Positions 13,864 through 23,398 of a stretch of 33,851 nucleotides of DNA are shown one piece after another (within the stretch, counting starts at the first letter, position 1; each line of letters begins with the position of its first letter). A program made the position numbers and the translations under genes. The stretch covers positions 1 to 33,851 of the forward strand of contig JAGDCC010000031.1 of NCBI GenBank assembly GCA_017958745.1. The letters run 5' to 3'. This DNA is from a bacterium. GTDB taxonomy: Bacteria > Patescibacteriota > Dojkabacteria > SC72. A model generated the notes under the pieces. That model was not told the origin of the DNA, searched no databases, and saw only the letters and a list, made by a program, of their open reading frames with translations.

Positions 13864-16578
13864 ATGTTACCAAATAAATCTCAAAAAACATTAATAGGAA
13901 AAAATAATAAAGTAGATAACACATTTGTGTTGTTAAATAATTCTTATCCACTTGTTAACAATGAAGATGAATCCGTTTTTCTTGTATCCAAAGAACATTA
14001 TTTTACGGTAACATCTTCTCAAATAAAGTTTATATTGAATAATTTTCTTAGATACAGAACATTCTCATCTCTATTGAGAAATATCTGTGATGTACTGGTG
14101 ATTCTGGGAATATTTATAGCATTCTGTCTAATATTAAAAAATAATGAACAGTTTGCAAATTATCCTATTGTAAATTCAATATTAGAAACAAGATTTATAA
14201 ACTTACTATTTGGATTCTCTATACTTGGGCTGTTGTATCTTTGGTACGACTTCTTCCATACAAAAACACACCCAATAAAACTACCATTGGCCAAGGAAAT
14301 TACAGACAAAGAAATAGCAGAAATAAAAGCAGTTGGCTTTAAGTTTGGAATGTATACACATCTTGGAATTATAAACTTTACTAACGATGATTTCTTAGGA
14401 ATGTTATGTCTTTATTTTAAAAATAATGAGCTACAGACTTATGAACTATTCCAACATCTAGTTACAGAAACACCACAAATAGTAGAAATTGTGAGAAGAT
14501 CAGGTGTTCTCTTTGATACAGCAAGCTTTAAGAAAGGAGATATTAACAATAACACATTACCAAATATTACATTTACAGAATTAAGAAGTTTGCTTACATA
14601 TTCTGCACAAGAGGCTTTATTAACCAATAGCAGTGAAATAGGAGTAGAGCATCTTTTCTTAGCAATAATGAAGACAAATGATACTTTGCAAAGATTTTTG
14701 AGAGAAAATAATGTGACTTTAGATACCTTTAGATATGTTTGCTCCTACGAAAACGAACTTGTCGCAAGAAGAAATAGGACAGACCATTTTAATCCAAATG
14801 TTCCGTATTATAAAAATGGAGGATTTGCTAATGAATGGTTGTATGGATATACATGGGTATTGAGTCATTTTAGTAGAGAATTAAACAAAACCGTCGCTGG
14901 AAGTAAGGATACATATGGAATTGGGCATGACACAGAAGTGTCTGCTTTGGCATCTATATTAGGAAAAGTATCTAATAAGAATGCATTACTACTAGGAGAA
15001 CCTGGTGTAGGTAAGTCTTCTATTATCCTTGGTCTTGCACAGAGAATTAACTCTGGAGATGTACAGCAACAGTTGGCGGGTAAGAAGATAATTGAGCTAG
15101 ATCTTAACAGACTTATTGCTTATGCACAGCAGAATAATAATATGGAAGAAACCATAATTAAGACAATGGATGAACTCTCCAAAGCTGGTAATACAATTCT
15201 TTATATTGATGAAATACAAGAAATAATACCAAGTAAAGCTAGTGGTGGTTCTGACCACAGTCTTGCAGGTATTCTTTTGCCTTACATAATTAACAGTAAG
15301 TTTCCTATTATTGGAAGTATAAGTTATGCGGATTACAAAAAATACCTATACAGTAATGAGTCCTTGAGATCTTCTTTTACAAATGTAGAGATAAAAGAGA
15401 TATCTCCTGCAGATACAATGGAAATTATGGAAAGTAAAATTCCAAGTCTGGAAGATAACTTTAAATGTTATATAACGTTTCCTGCACTTACTGCTGCTGT
15501 GGATTTAGCACAAAGGTATATAAAGGAAAGAAAGCTTCCAAGTAGTGCAGTGCAGACAATAGAAACTACATGTGCATGGGCACAAGCAAATGGTGTTAAG
15601 ACAATAACAGCAGAGCATGTGGCACAGGCAATTTCCATACAGAAAGATATTAATGTGACATCTATTACAGAAGATGAGAGTAATAAACTAATGAAGCTAG
15701 AAGACAATATTAGAGCTAGAGTTATTGGACAAGATGAAGCTGTAAATGCTGTCTCTGAGGCTCTTAGAAGAGCAAGAACAGATGTAAGAAACCCAGACAG
15801 ACCAATTGCAGTATTTCTGTTTATTGGACCTACTGGTGTTGGTAAAACAGAGCTAGCAAAAGTTACAGGAGAAGAATTCTTTGGAACTAAAAATAATCTT
15901 ATACGTGTAGATATGTCTGAGTATAAGGAAATAGATAGTGTACAAAAGTTCTTAGGTGGAGAAACTGGTAATGTGATGGGACAATCTAGCATCTCTTTAA
16001 TAGATAAAATTAAATCTAAACCAAACTCTGTTGTTCTCTTTGATGAGATAGAGAAGGCCAATCCAGCAATCTTGGATTTATTCTTGCAACTCTTTGATGA
16101 AGGTCGTCTTACAAGCAATTATGGAGAAACAGCAGATTTTACTAATTCTATAATCATTTGTACGAGTAATATTGGTAGTAAGATATTGTTGGATACTTTG
16201 GAAAAGGGAGATATGGAGTGGAAGGATGCAAAAAGTGCTGCAGTTACAGAACTTAAGAATACTATTAAACCAGAATTACTTAACCGTTATGACAAAGTAA
16301 TAGTCTTCTCTCCACACGATATTAAGAATCTAAGCAAGATTTCTGAACTCTTACTAAAGAATCTCGCAGATAGACTTAGTCAAAAAGGATATGTTGTTAA
16401 ATGGTCTAAAGAGATTCCAAAGATTATTGCAACAAAAGCAAACGAACCTGGACTTGGTGCAAGACCTTTGAGAAGATTCATACAGGATAGGGTAGAAGGG
16501 CATATAGCTACAGAAATCATAGAAGGAAATCTAAAACAGGGAGATGAGATAGAAATTAAAGAAGATTGGATGGAGTAG
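13864..16578 (+). CDS. ClpA/B/C-family (Hsp100) double AAA+ ATPase with N-terminal transmembrane helices
   Basis: Walker A GEPGVGKS and GPTGVGKT, Walker B LYIDE and LFDEIEK, RVIGQDEAV, sensor-2 GARPLRR, Clp-N-like EIGVEHLFLA. Two hydrophobic helices at about aa 74-91 and 111-131. No long M-domain. Confidence 0.9.
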   Translation: MLPNKSQKTLIGKNNKVDNTFVLLNNSYPLVNNEDESVFLVSKEHYFTVTSSQIKFILNNFLRYRTFSSLLRNICDVLVILGIFIAFCLILKNNEQFANYPIVNSILETRFINLLFGFSILGLLYLWYDFFHTKTHPIKLPLAKEITDKEIAEIKAVGFKFGMYTHLGIINFTNDDFLGMLCLYFKNNELQTYELFQHLVTETPQIVEIVRRSGVLFDTASFKKGDINNNTLPNITFTELRSLLTYSAQEALLTNSSEIGVEHLFLAIMKTNDTLQRFLRENNVTLDTFRYVCSYENELVARRNRTDHFNPNVPYYKNGGFANEWLYGYTWVLSHFSRELNKTVAGSKDTYGIGHDTEVSALASILGKVSNKNALLLGEPGVGKSSIILGLAQRINSGDVQQQLAGKKIIELDLNRLIAYAQQNNNMEETIIKTMDELSKAGNTILYIDEIQEIIPSKASGGSDHSLAGILLPYIINSKFPIIGSISYADYKKYLYSNESLRSSFTNVEIKEISPADTMEIMESKIPSLEDNFKCYITFPALTAAVDLAQRYIKERKLPSSAVQTIETTCAWAQANGVKTITAEHVAQAISIQKDINVTSITEDESNKLMKLEDNIRARVIGQDEAVNAVSEALRRARTDVRNPDRPIAVFLFIGPTGVGKTELAKVTGEEFFGTKNNLIRVDMSEYKEIDSVQKFLGGETGNVMGQSSISLIDKIKSKPNSVVLFDEIEKANPAILDLFLQLFDEGRLTSNYGETADFTNSIIICTSNIGSKILLDTLEKGDMEWKDAKSAAVTELKNTIKPELLNRYDKVIVFSPHDIKNLSKISELLLKNLADRLSQKGYVVKWSKEIPKIIATKANEPGLGARPLRRFIQDRVEGHIATEIIEGNLKQGDEIEIKEDWME

Positions 16579-16581
16579 TTC

Positions 16582-17889
16582 CTATAGATTCTTGCTTAGT
16601 AATTGGTTTAACTCCACAGCATATTCCATTGGCAACTCTTGGGTGAAGTTGTCTATGAAACCAAGGATAATTAGTTCTGTCGCCCTTTCTTTAGTAATTC
16701 CTCTACTCATAAGATAGAAGAGGGCATCATCGTTGATTCTAGATACAGTTGCTTCGTGTTCTAAAGAAGATTCTTTTGTACTGCATATATTTGTTGGGTA
16801 TGCATCGCTTTTAGAATTCTTATCTACAATTAATGAGTCACATTTAACCATAGCATGGCTATTTGTAGCACTCTTTTTAATCTCAACTTTTCCTCTGTAA
16901 GAAGCATTCCCACCAAGTCTAGCTATACTCTTAGAAATTATTGTACTGCTTGTATTTTTACCGATGTGTATCATTCTTGCTCCACTATCTAGTATCTGTT
17001 TATGTGTAGCAACACCAATAGTTATACATTTTCCAGAAGAGTTATCTCCTTTAAGTACACAGCAAGGATACTTCATTGTGATGGAACTACCAATATTTCC
17101 ATCTACCCATTCCATACTACCATTTTCTTCTACAACAGCTCTTTTAGTTACGAGATTTAATACGTTAGTTGCCCAATTCTGTACTGTTGTGTATCTACAA
17201 TAACTATTTTTACCAACATAAATCTCTACAACAGCTGCATGTAGACTAGAATCGCTATATGTTGGTGCAGTGCAACCTTCTATGTAATGAAGTTTGCTGT
17301 TGTCATCAACGATGATGAGTGTTCTCTCAAACTGTCCCATTGCTTTAGAATTAATTCTAAAATAACTCTGCAATGGTCTTTCCAGTGTAGTGTTTGGTGG
17401 TATGTAAATAAAACTTCCTCCAGAAAAGACTGCTCCATTTAGTGCTGTGAATTTATTCTCTGCTGTTCCAACAATCTTAGTGAAATATTTTTTAACTAAA
17501 GAAGGATACTTTTTCATGGCAACTTCTATGGATGTGAATATGACCTTCTTTTCTACTAATTCTTCTAACATGTTGTGATAAATAACTTCGCTCTCATACT
17601 GAACTCCCATACCACTCATGTATTGTTCACTGCTTATTACACCTAAGGCTTCAAATTCTGATCTAATGCTTGGATTTATACAACTCCAGCTACTATCTAA
17701 TTCATTAACTTTGTCTTTGTAATAAATAATCTTGTTGAAATCTATGTCTATCTTAGGTCCAAATTTGGGCATATCCAATTTGTTAAAGAGTTGGTAGCTT
17801 TTTAGTCTGTAGTCCAGAATCCACTTATCCTCATCTTTTATCTTGGATATTTCTCTTATATTTTGTTCATTAAGACCTGTTATTGTCAT
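16582..17889 (-). CDS. sufB: Fe-S cluster assembly scaffold SufB
   Basis: QYESEV, FSGGSFIY, GQFERTLII, EGCTAP, LHAAVVE, TMKYP, HEATVS, FYLMSRG, LPMEYAVE. Confidence 0.95.
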   Translation of the reverse strand: MTITGLNEQNIREISKIKDEDKWILDYRLKSYQLFNKLDMPKFGPKIDIDFNKIIYYKDKVNELDSSWSCINPSIRSEFEALGVISSEQYMSGMGVQYESEVIYHNMLEELVEKKVIFTSIEVAMKKYPSLVKKYFTKIVGTAENKFTALNGAVFSGGSFIYIPPNTTLERPLQSYFRINSKAMGQFERTLIIVDDNSKLHYIEGCTAPTYSDSSLHAAVVEIYVGKNSYCRYTTVQNWATNVLNLVTKRAVVEENGSMEWVDGNIGSSITMKYPCCVLKGDNSSGKCITIGVATHKQILDSGARMIHIGKNTSSTIISKSIARLGGNASYRGKVEIKKSATNSHAMVKCDSLIVDKNSKSDAYPTNICSTKESSLEHEATVSRINDDALFYLMSRGITKERATELIILGFIDNFTQELPMEYAVELNQLLSKNL

Positions 17890-18307
17890 TTTGGATTATT
17901 TTCTTAATAGCTTCTATAGGGAGTAGGGCACATTTTTTTCTAGATGGTTGCTTGTAGATTTCGTCGTAGATGTTAAATTCTCCAAGAATTTCTGGATTGT
18001 AAGGTTGTTCATTAATCATGTTTTCAAAGTTGGTAACTATTTCTTTTGCTTCTTCCAATGTCTTTCCTTTAAATTGTTTTGTCATAACACTTGTACATGA
18101 AGTACAAATTGCACATGCTTCTCCATCAAACTTAATATCTTCTAATTTCTCATTGTTTATTTTTGCAGCAACGTCTATGTTGTCTATGCAAGATTCGTTT
18201 CTAGAATTGACTTTTGTATAGCTTTTATCATTGCTATCTGGGAGACCTTTATTAGAAGGATTTTGGTAATTGTCTAGAATTATGTTTCTTTTAACATTTG
18301 CATCCAT
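17870..18307 (-). CDS. sufU: SufU Zn-dependent sulfur transfer protein
   Basis: ILDNYQNP, SCID, EACAICTS, RKKCALL. Located between sufS and sufB. Confidence 0.92.
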   Translation of the reverse strand: MDANVKRNIILDNYQNPSNKGLPDSNDKSYTKVNSRNESCIDNIDVAAKINNEKLEDIKFDGEACAICTSCTSVMTKQFKGKTLEEAKEIVTNFENMINEQPYNPEILGEFNIYDEIYKQPSRKKCALLPIEAIKKIIQNDNNRS

Positions 18308-19504
18308 TTATACAAGAGTGTCTAATATTTTATCTTGGTTTCTTAGTGCTTCCACAACTTTATCTATATCTTCTTTTGTGTTGTAAAAACTCAAGCTAAT
18401 ACGACATGTAGAGTTATCTTGTATTACTTCATGAAGCATCTTGGCACAGTGATTTCCTGCTCTTATGCAAATGTTTAATTGATTAAGATAGATTGCAACA
18501 TCTTGGCTAAAGTATTTATCCACGTTGAAAAGTACAATTGTTCCTTGTGTGCTAGGGTTGTAGATTTTTATATTAGGAATCTGTTTCATTTGTTCTAGTA
18601 AATATTGGTGTAGGGATATTTCGTAATTATGAATCTTTTCCAATCCTATACTGTTTATGTAATCTATTGCTGCTCCTAGACCAATAACTCCTGCAATATT
18701 TCTTGTTCCTGCTTCTAATCTTGTTGGTAGCTCTTTTAGACTGTAATCTCCTGTGCTTGAGAACTCTGTGTTCATATCACCACCATATTCTATTGGTTGT
18801 ATCTTTTCTAATAAAAATTTCTTTCCATAAAGAATACCAGTTCCCGTCGGTCCGTACATTTTGTGTCCGGAAAAAGCGAGAAAGTTTATGTTATCTTCTT
18901 GTACATCTATTTTTGTATGTGCAATACTTTGTGCTGCATCTACTACAAATAGTATGTTATTTTCTTTGCAAAGTTTACCAATGTTGTTTATATCCCTTGT
19001 GTCTCCAATTGTGTTTGTTATGTGTGCAATGGATATGACCTTTGTATTTGGTGTTATGCAATTTTTAATACTTTCTACAGTAAGTTTGTAATCTTTATCT
19101 AAAGGTGCGAAGACTAATTTGAATCCTATTTTTTTGCTTAAAACTATCCAAGGTAATGAATTGGATGCATGTTCTGCTTGATCTATGATTACCTCATCTC
19201 CTGGTTTGAGGTAGTGCTGCATAAAACCAAAAACAACAATATTAAGACCATTAGTTGTTCCATTAGTGTAAATAATCTCTTCTTTACTTTGTGCATTTAT
19301 GAATTCTCTTATCTTTTCTCTTGTAGTTTCGTATTCTTTGTCTGCTCTTATACTGTTGTTGTAATCTCCTCTATGTATATTAGAAGTGTATTCTTTGTAA
19401 TAGTCTGTAACTGCTTTTATAACAGACTTTGGCTTCATGGTTGTTGCAGCATTGTCCAGATAGTCTATTCCTGTTTTTAAAATGTCGAAATCTTCTGTGT
19501 TCAT
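18308..19504 (-). CDS. sufS: Cysteine desulfurase SufS (class II)
   Basis: YLDNAATT, DAAQS, SGHKMYGP (PLP Lys), EAGT, RAGNHCA (catalytic Cys). Confidence 0.95.
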   Translation of the reverse strand: MNTEDFDILKTGIDYLDNAATTMKPKSVIKAVTDYYKEYTSNIHRGDYNNSIRADKEYETTREKIREFINAQSKEEIIYTNGTTNGLNIVVFGFMQHYLKPGDEVIIDQAEHASNSLPWIVLSKKIGFKLVFAPLDKDYKLTVESIKNCITPNTKVISIAHITNTIGDTRDINNIGKLCKENNILFVVDAAQSIAHTKIDVQEDNINFLAFSGHKMYGPTGTGILYGKKFLLEKIQPIEYGGDMNTEFSSTGDYSLKELPTRLEAGTRNIAGVIGLGAAIDYINSIGLEKIHNYEISLHQYLLEQMKQIPNIKIYNPSTQGTIVLFNVDKYFSQDVAIYLNQLNICIRAGNHCAKMLHEVIQDNSTCRISLSFYNTKEDIDKVVEALRNQDKILDTLV

Positions 19505-20214
19505 AATGAATTAATTATATCATTAAATATCTTTTCCTCCTCATCCTTTAATTGCATGCTGTTAATTAAAAATGCTCTAGTTAATAATTTAATAGATTCT
19601 TCTTTACTAATACCTCTTGTCATTAAGTAGAATAGGTAATCTTCTTTAAAAGATCCAACATATGCAGAATGATTTGCTTCTATGTCATTATTACTAACTA
19701 TTAGATTTGGTAATATTTGACTGTCTCCATCCTTGTAGTTAATTATCTGGTTTTCTTGATTGAAATATGTATTGCTAGAGTTCTTTTCTATTATTCCATC
19801 TACAATAAATCTAAAAACACTGTTTTCCATATTTAGTGCATGGTTAACAATGTTGCTTCTGCTATCTTCCTTACTATGTATAAATTTTTCTGTATAAATG
19901 TTGTCTTTGTAATTAACGATGCTGTTGTTTATGTTTACATTAGCATTCTTACCTTTGATATTTACTGTTAGAGTATCGGAACAATCTATACTTAGCTTAT
20001 TTATTATTAAATTAACATTTTTATCTACATTATATGTAATGATGTTTTTTGTATTCTTACTAGTATCTAGCACACGTATAGATGTATTAGGGGAGGTCTC
20101 AATTGTTAACTCTGTATTAGAATTTGCATAATTAATGAAGATATTTGTATCTTCCTTTATCTTTATTCTTTCTTTGTGGTTACTGTTGTCTTTGTTATTT
20201 AGAATTATATCCAT
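19501..20214 (-). CDS. sufD: SufD-like Fe-S assembly protein (short)
   Basis: PNLIVSNNDIEANHSAYVG...LFYLMTRGI. Lies between sufC and sufS, with an ATGA overlap with sufS. Confidence 0.88.
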   Translation of the reverse strand: MDIILNNKDNSNHKERIKIKEDTNIFINYANSNTELTIETSPNTSIRVLDTSKNTKNIITYNVDKNVNLIINKLSIDCSDTLTVNIKGKNANVNINNSIVNYKDNIYTEKFIHSKEDSRSNIVNHALNMENSVFRFIVDGIIEKNSSNTYFNQENQIINYKDGDSQILPNLIVSNNDIEANHSAYVGSFKEDYLFYLMTRGISKEESIKLLTRAFLINSMQLKDEEEKIFNDIINSL

Positions 20215-20923
20215 GTTTTTCTAAATCTAAAGCTAAAGACATTCCTCCTGTTTTAACAATAGTTCCATCTATCATCTCATGAACAAATGTAGGCTTTATA
20301 TATTCTAGTATTCTTGGATAGTGGGTTATTATTAATAATGATGTATCTTTATGATCCTTGAGATATTCCTTTATATTCTTGCAACAAATTTTGAGACTAT
20401 CTATATCTAGGCCACTATCTAATTCATCTAAAATAATGAAGCTTGGCTTGAGCATTTTTATCTGTAAAACTTCGTTCTTTTTTCTTTCTCCACCACTAGC
20501 ACCAACGTTAAGAGAGCGGTAAATCATTTCTTCTGGAATCTTTAATTCTTCTGTTTCTCTCATCATGTCTGCCATGAATTCGTAGAGATTAACAGGTTCT
20601 TCTTCTTTTGCATTAATAGCTGTTCTTATAAAATCGCTATTCTGTACACCTTCTATGCTGATAGGATTTTGCATGGATAGAAATATTCCCATTCTTGCTC
20701 TTTCGTCTACAGATAGATTATTTATCTTTACACCGTTGTACTTTATTTCTCCTTTGTCTATCTTGTATCTGCTATTTCCCATTATTACATTGGATAACGT
20801 GGACTTTCCAGTACCGTTGGGGCCCATTATTGCATGTATTTCTCCTTCTTTAATTTGTAAATTAAAGTTGTTTAATATTTTTATATTTTCTACAGATACA
20901 TTGAGATTTTTTATTTCTAACAT
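20195..20923 (-). CDS. sufC: Fe-S assembly ABC ATPase SufC
   Basis: HAIMGPNGTGKSTL, SGGERKKNE, LDELDSGLDID, ITHY. Confidence 0.95.
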   Translation of the reverse strand: MLEIKNLNVSVENIKILNNFNLQIKEGEIHAIMGPNGTGKSTLSNVIMGNSRYKIDKGEIKYNGVKINNLSVDERARMGIFLSMQNPISIEGVQNSDFIRTAINAKEEEPVNLYEFMADMMRETEELKIPEEMIYRSLNVGASGGERKKNEVLQIKMLKPSFIILDELDSGLDIDSLKICCKNIKEYLKDHKDTSLLIITHYPRILEYIKPTFVHEMIDGTIVKTGGMSLALDLEKHGYNSK

Positions 20924-20979
20924 AGTGCGATTAATTCTTGATAATTCTAATAAAATACTTGCTTAGCAAAGAAAAAGGT

Positions 20980-21300
20980 TTATTGCTTCTTTCCACATTT
21001 CTTACAAAACTTGGAATCATCATCTATTTCGCATCCACAATGTTTGCAAAAAACAGTAGATTTAGTAAGTCCTTCTCTTATTGCTCCTGCTGTAGTTTTT
21101 ACTCCATCTTTTGTAGCATAAGCCATGTCATCAGAGATACTCTTTAAATCTTCTTTTGATTCTTCAATCATGTATTTCTGTGCTTTAATTTCTCTACTCA
21201 TCATTTTGCCTTTGAATTTAGGACTTACAATCATTGCAATGATAAAGACAAATACTGCAGCTATAAATATTGGAACTATAATAAATAGAATACTAAACAT
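20980..21300 (-). CDS. Membrane-anchored zinc-ribbon protein
   Basis: N-terminal TM helix, C-terminal FCKHCG...FCKKCG, SD-like AGGAAG upstream. Confidence 0.85.
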   Translation of the reverse strand: MFSILFIIVPIFIAAVFVFIIAMIVSPKFKGKMMSREIKAQKYMIEESKEDLKSISDDMAYATKDGVKTTAGAIREGLTKSTVFCKHCGCEIDDDSKFCKKCGKKQ

Positions 21301-21304
21301 TTTT

Positions 21305-21337
21305 CTTCCTAATCTAATTTATATTAATATTATAACA
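21305..21337 (-). promoter_or_regulatory. Extended -10 (TGtTATAAT) and SD-like AGGAAG for the zinc-ribbon gene
   Basis: Minus strand: TGTTATAAT at 21337-21329 and AGGAAG at 21310-21305. Confidence 0.5.
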
Positions 21338-21370
21338 TTTTGTGCGTAAATAAGCTAAAACCTTTGTACA

Positions 21371-21400
21371 TTGTACAGTAAGAATAAAAACGATTATAAT
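21371..21400 (+). promoter_or_regulatory. Sigma70 promoter TTGTAC-18-TATAAT, 6 nt before mutL ATG 21407
   Basis: -35 at 21371-21376 and -10 at 21395-21400. Confidence 0.6.
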
Positions 21401-21406
21401 CAATGT

Positions 21407-23380
21407 ATGTCTAAACCAGTATTAAACATATTATCTGCAGATGTAATTAATAAAATTGCAGCAGGGGAGGTTGTAGAAAGACCTGCTTCTATTGTTAAGG
21501 AATTGGTAGATAATTCTATAGATGCGAAGTCTTCCAAGATAACTGTAAAAATTAAAAATGGAGGTATAGATGAAATAGAAGTGTCCGACAAAGGCATTGG
21601 TATTCCTAAGGAGAACCTAAACAATATCTTTAAGGCACATACAACATCCAAGATAAAAGATATAGAGGACTTAAATTCTCTAATAAGTATGGGTTTTAGA
21701 GGAGAGGCTTTGTCTACAATAACATCTGTTTGTAAGGTTACTTTGTCTTCCAAATATGTAGACGAGGAGATTGGGAACGCTATCTCTTATGGAGAAAATG
21801 GACAGTCTGAGATTACACCTTGTGCAAAAGAAGATGGTACTACAGTTATTGTTAAAGATGTCTTTTATAATATTCCAGCTAGAAGAAAGTATCTAAAAAC
21901 TCCTGCTACAGAGTACAACAAGATAGCACAGCTTATGGATAGGTATTTTCTTATGTATCCAAATATCTCTTTTGTTTTTGTTAAAGATGGAAAAGAAATA
22001 GCTAATTTACCTATTGTCTCGGAAGAGGAGTTAATTACAAAAGAAAGAGTAGAGCATGTTTTAGGTAAAGAATTTGCATCTTCTATGTTGCCAGTCTTCT
22101 ATGATGGCAATGGTATACATATACAAGGATTTATTGGACATCCAACACAACATAAATCAAGATGTACAGACCAGTATGTGTTCATTAACAAGAGGGGAAT
22201 CACGGATAACGGTATAACTAAATCTTTTTATAGTGGTTACAGTCGTTTTATTCCAAATGGAGAAAAGGTTCCATTTGTATTGAATATTACAATGAGGCCA
22301 GATCTTGTAGATGTAAATGTACATCCAAGAAAAGAAGAAGTCCGTTTTGAAAATCCATTTCGTGTATATATGGCAGTACAAAACTGTGTAGAGCATGCAT
22401 TAGAAAAAGGAACTTCTTATAAACCAAGTGTCAGCACTAACGATGTAGAAAATGTAGAAGTAAATAAAGAACAACCAGTAAATAGTGTAGAAAAAGGATT
22501 CTCTTACGATAATCTCCCAGTCAAAAAAGTAGATTTCTCTGCATTACGAGATAGACTTAACTCCTCTACATACCACAGTCAAGATAATTATAGTAAACCA
22601 AGCAGTATTAATTCTAGCAGTAGCAGTAAAGTAATTAATAGCTATGCTAGTACAAACAATGCTACTGTACAGCAAAGTTTAGAATTCTCTAAAAATCTAC
22701 TTACACCACTTAAAGAAAATGATAATAATGATATTAACATAGATAATAAAGAAGATAATGCTATAACTGTAGAAGATATCTCATCTAGCGAATGGGATGA
22801 TTCTCACATAATCTCTATTAACCAAATATTTAATAAATACATATTAATAGAATTTGCAGAACAAAAATTACTTGTAATAGACCAACATGCAGCAGCAGAA
22901 AGATATAATTTTGAAAGATTACAAAAGAGAGAAGCTGGTAAATCCAATCTACAAAATCTCCTTGTACCAGAAAAAATAGAATTCACTAAAGCAGAGTTAA
23001 GCTTCTTAGAAGAAAATATAGATTTCTTTAAAGAATTAGGTCTTACATATACAGTGGAAGATAAATGCATCTCTATTACCGTAATACCAGCAGAGTTTAA
23101 AGTATCAGAATTAAAGAATACCTTTGTAGAAATATTCTCTTTAGAAGATAGCCCAGAAGCATTAACTAAAAATATCCAAGAAAAGAAAAATGATATATTA
23201 GCCACAATAGCTTGCCACGGAAGTATTAGAAAGGGTCAAAAATTAGCAAAAGAAGAAATGCTACAAGTATTTAAAGAATTAAAACAATGCAAAAATGCTT
23301 ATAGCTGCCCACATGGAAGACCAATAGTATGGCAATTACCTCTAACAGAAATAGATAAACATTTTGAGAGAACTTATTAA
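21407..23380 (+). CDS. mutL: DNA mismatch repair endonuclease MutL
   Basis: KIAAGEVVERPASIVKELVDNSIDA, GFRGEAL, DVNVHP.K.EV, endonuclease motif DQHAAAERYNFE, clamp motif QNLLVP, CPHGRP. ATG 21407 is preferred over TTG 21371, which is the -35 box. Confidence 0.96.
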   Translation: MSKPVLNILSADVINKIAAGEVVERPASIVKELVDNSIDAKSSKITVKIKNGGIDEIEVSDKGIGIPKENLNNIFKAHTTSKIKDIEDLNSLISMGFRGEALSTITSVCKVTLSSKYVDEEIGNAISYGENGQSEITPCAKEDGTTVIVKDVFYNIPARRKYLKTPATEYNKIAQLMDRYFLMYPNISFVFVKDGKEIANLPIVSEEELITKERVEHVLGKEFASSMLPVFYDGNGIHIQGFIGHPTQHKSRCTDQYVFINKRGITDNGITKSFYSGYSRFIPNGEKVPFVLNITMRPDLVDVNVHPRKEEVRFENPFRVYMAVQNCVEHALEKGTSYKPSVSTNDVENVEVNKEQPVNSVEKGFSYDNLPVKKVDFSALRDRLNSSTYHSQDNYSKPSSINSSSSSKVINSYASTNNATVQQSLEFSKNLLTPLKENDNNDINIDNKEDNAITVEDISSSEWDDSHIISINQIFNKYILIEFAEQKLLVIDQHAAAERYNFERLQKREAGKSNLQNLLVPEKIEFTKAELSFLEENIDFFKELGLTYTVEDKCISITVIPAEFKVSELKNTFVEIFSLEDSPEALTKNIQEKKNDILATIACHGSIRKGQKLAKEEMLQVFKELKQCKNAYSCPHGRPIVWQLPLTEIDKHFERTY

Positions 23381-23392
23381 AAATAATATAAT
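23364..23392 (+). promoter_or_regulatory. Sigma70 promoter TTGAGA-17-TATAAT, 6 nt before ATG 23399
   Basis: -35 at 23364-23369 and -10 at 23387-23392. Confidence 0.65.
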
Positions 23393-23398
23393 TCTAGT

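Noticed and set aside
19501-19504. Alternative genetic code (TGA as Gly or Trp)
   Set aside because: All genes are intact under table 11, and sufD ends in TGA in an ATGA overlap with sufS.
21371-21406. TTG start for mutL given by the ORF track
   Set aside because: The TTG is part of the -35 box, and homology begins just after ATG 21407.
22420-22800. Ser/Asn-rich low-complexity stretch in mutL as an insertion or intein
   Set aside because: It corresponds to the normal variable MutL interdomain linker and has no intein terminal motifs.
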